Assembly (NCBI GenBank): GCA_029856365.1
Contig: JAHQWW010000113.1
Location: 1-12,403, forward strand
Length of the DNA: 12,403 bases
Direction: 5' to 3'
DNA from: Candidatus Hodarchaeota archaeon
Lineage (GTDB): Archaea; Asgardarchaeota; Heimdallarchaeia; Hodarchaeales; Hodarchaeaceae
Shown piece after piece: positions 7,348 to 12,403 of the stretch. A program made the translations under genes and the position numbers. Each line of letters begins with the position of its first letter. The stretch's first letter is position 1. The notes beneath the pieces were generated by a model, which worked only from the letters and a program-made list of their open reading frames with translations, ran no database searches and had not been told where the DNA came from.

Positions 7348-7662
7348 CTATCGGTCCTTAATAACAATAGTTCCACCGATATAGTCACCGAAACGCCGAC
7401 GGCCAGGAGTAATCAATAATAAACATGGACATATACCACAACAGTTACGAAGACAAGAGTCGACGATGGTTGCGGGTTGACCGGTTCCGAATTTCACGAC
7501 ACGAAGGCCCATCATCCCCTTGCCTATGCTACGACCGTCTCTAATCCCATCTTTTATACAGAAATAGAATGGAATGCAACTTAATATGTCGTCGATTATG
7601 TATGCAACACACCGATCTGCACAAGGAGCTTGTCTCTGAATTAATGTTTGTTGTCTTGACAT
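7348..7662 (-). CDS. RDD family protein, minimal Cys-rich variant
   Basis: RDD hallmarks R-CVAYII-D, GRSIGKGMMGLRVV, LRN and RRFGDYIGGTIVI. Likely start is ATG 7662 after GGAGATAAGGTGAAA (the track uses GTG 7668). 9 Cys in 104 aa. Confidence 0.85.
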   Translation of the reverse strand: MSRQQTLIQRQAPCADRCVAYIIDDILSCIPFYFCIKDGIRDGRSIGKGMMGLRVVKFGTGQPATIVDSCLRNCCGICPCLLLITPGRRRFGDYIGGTIVIKDR

Positions 7663-7838
7663 TTTCACCTTATCTCCAGCTCACTTCAAATGGAGAATAT
7701 CATAATACAACTATAATTTCACTAAAAAAGATTGTGGTAGTGCAAACCTCTTTGGAATTGATTCACCAAGAATTCATGAAAAATCCATTTAATTAATGAT
7801 GTATTGATATAAAAAGGAGTATTACAACTGATTTGAAC

Positions 7839-8429
7839 TCATTCTTCAAGTTTATCGGGATGTAAGGCAAATGGATCATGAATACCCCCATGAACAGCTT
7901 GAGCCAGAAAAATCTTTTCTCGATCTGCATAGATTTGAAATCCAGTACAATACGGCATATTATTAAATTCTTTACAATGGTTACAAACATCATTATTACT
8001 CTTCGCTCGCTGTTGATTAAGATAAAAATAACCAGGTATAAAATTCAATAAGATCCACCCTTTGATTAGCCAGTTCGGAGTGAAAACAAATTGGACAAAA
8101 GCCAATGAAAATGAAACTCCTAATAAAAACCGAGCAACATCTTTAATCTTACGATTTTCAATCCAAAGTGCTGTTACAATAGTAGGGAAAATTAATGAAT
8201 ATAAAACAAGACCCACTTGAATTTCAGTTAAACCATGCCACCATCCCAAGAGATTTCCCACAACTATAATGAAAAAAGAGAATATCATACCTGAATATTG
8301 CATCACACACCCCCGACAAACCTTGGTTTCCCTAAAAACATAGACATGATCTTTAAATTGATCACAAAAAGGATGATGAGAAATTCGATACGGGCCAAGT
8401 ATTCTACGATCGAGATTACGAGTGGACAT
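7839..8429 (-). CDS. Putative metal-binding membrane protein, DUF2085-like
   Basis: N-terminal SHHPFC..H..VCRGC..YSG resembles the DUF2085 pattern CH...vCaRC.G.y.G. About 4 TM segments, then a C-terminal CNHC...C cluster. Confidence 0.55.
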   Translation of the reverse strand: MSTRNLDRRILGPYRISHHPFCDQFKDHVYVFRETKVCRGCVMQYSGMIFSFFIIVVGNLLGWWHGLTEIQVGLVLYSLIFPTIVTALWIENRKIKDVARFLLGVSFSLAFVQFVFTPNWLIKGWILLNFIPGYFYLNQQRAKSNNDVCNHCKEFNNMPYCTGFQIYADREKIFLAQAVHGGIHDPFALHPDKLEE

Positions 8430-8476
8430 GATTCAATGACCTAATATCTAAAAATACTAAATTATTATTCTTACCA

Positions 8477-10000
8477 TTATTTACGATTTAGTAGCTGTTT
8501 TAAGAATCTGAGGTGTTGCTTTTCGAGCTCCTTTTTATTGCTTTCATCAAGAACAGAAGCTAAAAATGGAGCAGAATATTTCTGAAAAGCAATTTTTCTA
8601 TTATATTTTTTTTTCCAGTAGTTAAAACCTTCTTCTGTTTCCCCTTTTAAATGATAAAGTAAAGCCACTTCATAGTGGTATTGGTTTTCTTGCATCTTAT
8701 CTTTTGATTTTCTCACTACCGGGAGGATAAATTCACGTGATACTGTGATTGCGCCTTGATAATCTTTTGTTGCCACAAGTTCATTTCGATAATTGCTTCC
8801 TAGTGTGATCAGTTCATCCCAGTTTTTTCTTTTCTTGAAATAATCACTTGCAATGATTAAATACTCCCATGCAGGTTTTAAAGCCCCCATCTTCAGGTGC
8901 ATATAGCCTAAATTTCCTTGTGTAGAAGCAATACTGTCAGGATCTTGAGGTTTCATGCTAAAAAGGACCTCTAACAATTGAGTGTAAATCTTGCGAGCTT
9001 CCTCAAATTCTTCTTTATTAATTGCAATCCTTGCCAAATTATCTAGAGAGTATCCTATACTTAATGAATTGCGTGTAGGTAGTTCTAGTATTCTTTCAAA
9101 TGTTTTCTTGGCGATATCTGCTTGGTTTTGATTCAGATAGCACTCACCAAGCTCGAGAAGGATTCCATCTGTTGGGTTTTCTATCTGGTTGTAGGTGTCA
9201 ATTGCTTTATCAATCGATCCTGCTGCTTTAGCAGAACGTGCTTGTGTTGTAAGAGCTATATTTTGACCTAGGACATTTTGTAGTTTTTCATATAGAGACG
9301 CAGCTTTAGAGCTGTTCTTCTGAGCACTAATATATTCTCTTCTAAGAAAATAAGATTCAGCTAGATTATGGTAGGTAGCAGCAAGATTGGTTATATCTTG
9401 GATTTCTTTGAATACATCTCGTGCTTTTTCAAAATGAGACATCGCAAGATCAACCTCTCCATTCTGGTAATACATACTTCCAATATTTAAATGCGAGCTG
9501 CCGATTGCCTCTTGTTTTCCTTCCAGTTGAGCTATTTCAAGAGCTTTAAAATGGAATTTCTGAGCTTCTTTAAAACGTTCGAGAAAAATATAGACGTTTC
9601 CAAGATTATGATATATTTTCGATAGTCCTTCATTGTTTTTTGCTAGCTTAAATGCTTTCTCTGCATTTTGATAATGAACTAATGCGTCAGAATACCGTTG
9701 GTGCAAGCGATAAATCTTACCCAAGATGTTTTCAGAATCACCTACCATTGAATGATTACCAAGTTTCTGAAACTTTGGTAAGAGTCTTTCAACAATCTTT
9801 TTGGCGTTTTTAGAATCCCGAATAGAATAATATGCTTCTGCCAGCTGGTATTCCAAATGAAGTTTCTTATTTTGTGATTCAACTTTGGGGATTTCTTCTT
9901 CTAGCATATTAATTAGATCATGAAACCTTCCTTGACGGGTAAGTATTTTAATACGTTCATTATTTATTGTCATTTTATTCGATAGGGGATTTATTCCCAT
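8477..10000 (-). CDS. Tetratricopeptide repeat protein
   Basis: Repeated ~40-aa units (ENILGKIY..ALVHYQNA, YHNLGNVY..AQKFHFKA, HLNIGSMY..AMSHFEKA, YHNLAESY, DNLARIA, QGNLGYMH). No catalytic domain is apparent. Confidence 0.9.
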   Translation of the reverse strand: MGINPLSNKMTINNERIKILTRQGRFHDLINMLEEEIPKVESQNKKLHLEYQLAEAYYSIRDSKNAKKIVERLLPKFQKLGNHSMVGDSENILGKIYRLHQRYSDALVHYQNAEKAFKLAKNNEGLSKIYHNLGNVYIFLERFKEAQKFHFKALEIAQLEGKQEAIGSSHLNIGSMYYQNGEVDLAMSHFEKARDVFKEIQDITNLAATYHNLAESYFLRREYISAQKNSSKAASLYEKLQNVLGQNIALTTQARSAKAAGSIDKAIDTYNQIENPTDGILLELGECYLNQNQADIAKKTFERILELPTRNSLSIGYSLDNLARIAINKEEFEEARKIYTQLLEVLFSMKPQDPDSIASTQGNLGYMHLKMGALKPAWEYLIIASDYFKKRKNWDELITLGSNYRNELVATKDYQGAITVSREFILPVVRKSKDKMQENQYHYEVALLYHLKGETEEGFNYWKKKYNRKIAFQKYSAPFLASVLDESNKKELEKQHLRFLKQLLNRK

Positions 10001-10044
10001 CTTTGAAAAACATTCTGGGAAATTAATAATTTCTCACTGATTGC

Positions 10045-10857
10045 TTATAATCGCTGAAGTAAAACAAGACGCATAATTCCCCAAGGATTGTAGTAACCCT
10101 GAGATTCAAGCTGGTTTTCAAGTTCCCTCAACATTTTCTTCTGAATCTCGGTTAAGGCTTTATTACTATCATCAGGGGGATTTTTACTATCCAATTGTTG
10201 TTGTAAATAACCTTGAGCGTACATTTCAACTGCTTTGAAACCTACTTCACGAGACCACTGACAATTAGGTTTGAAAGAATCATGAAAAACTAAATCATAT
10301 TCAAGATTCTGTTGAGAGAGAATATTTTCAAAAGACTCTCTTGAGAAGTTATCCAAAAGCGCAAGGAATCCATGATGTGAAACTGTTCTCAGGAGTTCAG
10401 ATACAACAGCTACTAAGCTTTCTTTCCCGCGAGTGATGATAATATCCTGTAATCCGAGGAAACACGACACGCAATCAAATTTCATTGATATTAAAGGCAA
10501 CCGTAATGCATCAGCTGAAATGAGGTGAGCTTTTACTTCACCCTGAGACAGCAAAGAAGCGATCCTATTGTGAGGGGGATCAAAATCAAGATTCAGTCCA
10601 ATCAATTCAGCTTGTGGAAAACGCCAACCGAGTTCAACTAAAAATGTTCCATACCCGCAGGCTACATCCAATATAGTAAGATTACGGTGGGGATCTAGAT
10701 GTTCAACTAAGAGTGATGTTGCCCAACGTGCAGTACCCCCCCAACCGATATCAAATCCATCGATAATGCGATCATTCTCAGGAAGACCTTGTGTAAACCA
10801 AGCTCTAAGTTTATTTTCCTTCTGGACGATATTTTCTTCATCAGAGGATATTCTCAT
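10045..10857 (-). CDS. Class I SAM-dependent methyltransferase
   Basis: Motif I ILDVACGYG, followed by LIGLNL, ADALRLPL and FDCVSCFLGL. Confidence 0.9.
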   Translation of the reverse strand: MRISSDEENIVQKENKLRAWFTQGLPENDRIIDGFDIGWGGTARWATSLLVEHLDPHRNLTILDVACGYGTFLVELGWRFPQAELIGLNLDFDPPHNRIASLLSQGEVKAHLISADALRLPLISMKFDCVSCFLGLQDIIITRGKESLVAVVSELLRTVSHHGFLALLDNFSRESFENILSQQNLEYDLVFHDSFKPNCQWSREVGFKAVEMYAQGYLQQQLDSKNPPDDSNKALTEIQKKMLRELENQLESQGYYNPWGIMRLVLLQRL

Positions 10858-10883
10858 TGAATATCGAAATCCAAATACTTGTC

Positions 10884-10932
10884 TTGATATTCTCTTTCTT
10901 TAGAAAAGAAAGAAATTTGATATTCTCTTTCT
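10884..10932. repeat. 16-bp perfect direct repeat (33-bp period) with an intervening hairpin
   Basis: TTGATATTCTCTTTCT at 10884-10899 and 10917-10932. TCTTTCTTT (10893-10901) pairs with AAAGAAAGA (10905-10913). Confidence 0.7.
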
Positions 10933-10935
10933 CTC

Positions 10936-11970
10936 CTATTTTACTAAGCTAACTGCATTTCTGACAGCTGCTTCAGCATCTTTCATGATTCTTTCCATAA
11001 TATCAGAAACACTTTCAATGCTGTCAATCAAACCAATACTTTGGCCAAGGAGAACAGCCCCATCGTTGATGTTGCCTTCATAGGCTAATTCGTAAGCTCT
11101 GATTGTCTTGGCTATTTCGTCAACATCAAAGGTGGCCTCTTGAGCCAGTTTCTCTTCTTTACTAGTAATAGGCTTGTGTTCCCTTGCATATTCGTTTTTC
11201 CATAATCTGATGGGACCGAAGACTCCTGTTGCCATAATGGTATCTTGAGCTTTCGCCGGTGGGACAACATTCTTGTAAGTGTCATGAAATTCACTTTCTT
11301 TTGAAGCAATGAATCTTGATCCCATAGCAACAGCTCCAGCTCCAAGTGATAACGCAGCAGCTAATCCTTCTCCTGTAGCAAATCCTCCACAGGCAACCAT
11401 AGGTACCTCTGGGAATTTTTGATGCACCTGTTGAAGAACTACTAGAGTGCTAACCTTCTCATACGATTGATGTCCACCTCCTTCACCACCAGTGACCACT
11501 AGTCCGTCAACACCTGCTGAAACACATTTTTCAGCTAACCACAAAGCAGGAGCAACATGAAAATGTTTGATCTCTGAATTCTCTTTTAATTTTTGATATG
11601 GTGGAGCATTTGGTAAAATCTTGGCTGAGCCTGCGGATGTCAATGCATATACACACTGATCCCTGATTTTCTGATTCTCCATGATAAACTTTGGGATTTC
11701 CCAACAGAGCATTTCTGCATTTGGCTCCATCCGGGATGTCCTGATATTGAAACCGAAGGGCTTATCGGTATATTCTACAACAGTTTTCATATTTTTTTTC
11801 ATTTCTTCAACTGGATCTGCGTCTGATAAGCCAACATGTGAGATTACACCTAAACCTCCTGCTTCAGACACTGCTATAGTCAAATCTGTGGTGTAGAAAG
11901 GACCCATGGGTGCTGCTATTATAGGGTGTTTAATTCCCAACATTTTCGTAATATTTGTTTCAATTGTCAT
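10936..11970 (-). CDS. Nitronate monooxygenase / FabK-like FMN-dependent oxidoreductase
   Basis: ITKMLGIKHPIIAAPM, AVSEAGGLG, KPFGFN, catalytic GGEGGGH and FMN-binding ACGGFATGEGLAAALSLGAGAVAMGSRF, plus GQSIGLI. Likely start is ATG 11970 (the track uses 11991). Confidence 0.92.
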   Translation of the reverse strand: MTIETNITKMLGIKHPIIAAPMGPFYTTDLTIAVSEAGGLGVISHVGLSDADPVEEMKKNMKTVVEYTDKPFGFNIRTSRMEPNAEMLCWEIPKFIMENQKIRDQCVYALTSAGSAKILPNAPPYQKLKENSEIKHFHVAPALWLAEKCVSAGVDGLVVTGGEGGGHQSYEKVSTLVVLQQVHQKFPEVPMVACGGFATGEGLAAALSLGAGAVAMGSRFIASKESEFHDTYKNVVPPAKAQDTIMATGVFGPIRLWKNEYAREHKPITSKEEKLAQEATFDVDEIAKTIRAYELAYEGNINDGAVLLGQSIGLIDSIESVSDIMERIMKDAEAAVRNAVSLVK

Positions 11971-12200
11971 AATTCTTCCCTTAATTATCATTTTTCGATT
12001 AATATAGGTATGATGCTTAAGAAATTTCAGCTATTATTAGTATTATGCTTAATAACGTCATTAAATAGTTAAAATGTATTTATATAGAATTTCTTTGGGA
12101 GTAAGAAGATTTTTTCTCGGGAATGGATTCTCCTTCATTCTTATCAAAAATAAGTTGGAGGTAAATCCTGTAGGAAAACAAGATGAGGAAAAAGGATAAC

Positions 12201-12403
12201 TTACTGATCAAGAATGACTACTGTTCCTGCAGCTTGATCACCAATACGTCGGCCATCTTGATCCATGAGAGCAACTAGGTAGCAACAGCATCCGTCAAGA
12301 CAACCAGGACAGCAATTACGAATGAAAGACTGCCCCATCGTAGCGGGCATACCTGTTTGAAAGTCAACAACCCGCATCCCCATAAGCCCCTTGCCAATGG
12401 ATT
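12201..12403 (-). CDS. RDD family protein, Cys-rich paralog; 5' part lies outside the window
   Basis: The frame stays open to the window edge, giving SIGKGLMGMRVVDFQTGMPATMGQSFIRNCCPGCLDGCCCYLVALMDQDGRRIGDQAAGTVVILDQ, which aligns to 7348..7662. The ATG at 12383 is therefore internal. Confidence 0.85.
   Translation of the reverse strand, partial: SIGKGLMGMRVVDFQTGMPATMGQSFIRNCCPGCLDGCCCYLVALMDQDGRRIGDQAAGTVVILDQ

Noticed and set aside
5942-7993. Small ORFs 5942..6151, 7569..7796 and 7793..7993
   Set aside because: They overlap better-supported genes in antisense or alternate frames and show no recognisable features.
10884-10932. Direct repeat as a mini-CRISPR array
   Set aside because: Only two 16-bp copies with a 17-bp low-complexity spacer, and no cas genes in the window.
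11112-11896. ORFs 11112..11345 and 11681..11896
   Set aside because: Alternate-frame or antisense ORFs inside the NMO gene.

Overview
AT-rich prokaryotic window. It is probably archaeal and plausibly Asgard (Heimdall/Hod-like). That lineage call is inferred only from gene style (GGTGA/GGAG RBS-like motifs, oligo-T terminators, TPR/RDD/NMO content); no marker gene is present. Left to right: a partial hypothetical CDS; a basic 179-aa protein with three internal repeats and a C-terminal PIP-box-like tail; a DUF1624/acyltransferase-3-like polytopic membrane protein; a 555-bp divergent intergenic region with a potentially structured leader; a type-2 isoleucyl-tRNA synthetase with a non-canonical GVHT signature in place of HIGH; and a protein with a Cys-rich N-terminus and a CorA-like stalk plus 2 TM helices. 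A minus-strand run follows: Cys-rich minimal RDD protein, DUF2085-like putative metal-binding membrane protein, TPR protein, class I SAM methyltransferase, nitronate monooxygenase/FabK-like flavoprotein and a second, truncated Cys-rich RDD paralog. I saw no RNA genes, CRISPR arrays or mobile elements. All family calls come from reading motifs by eye; no database searches were run.
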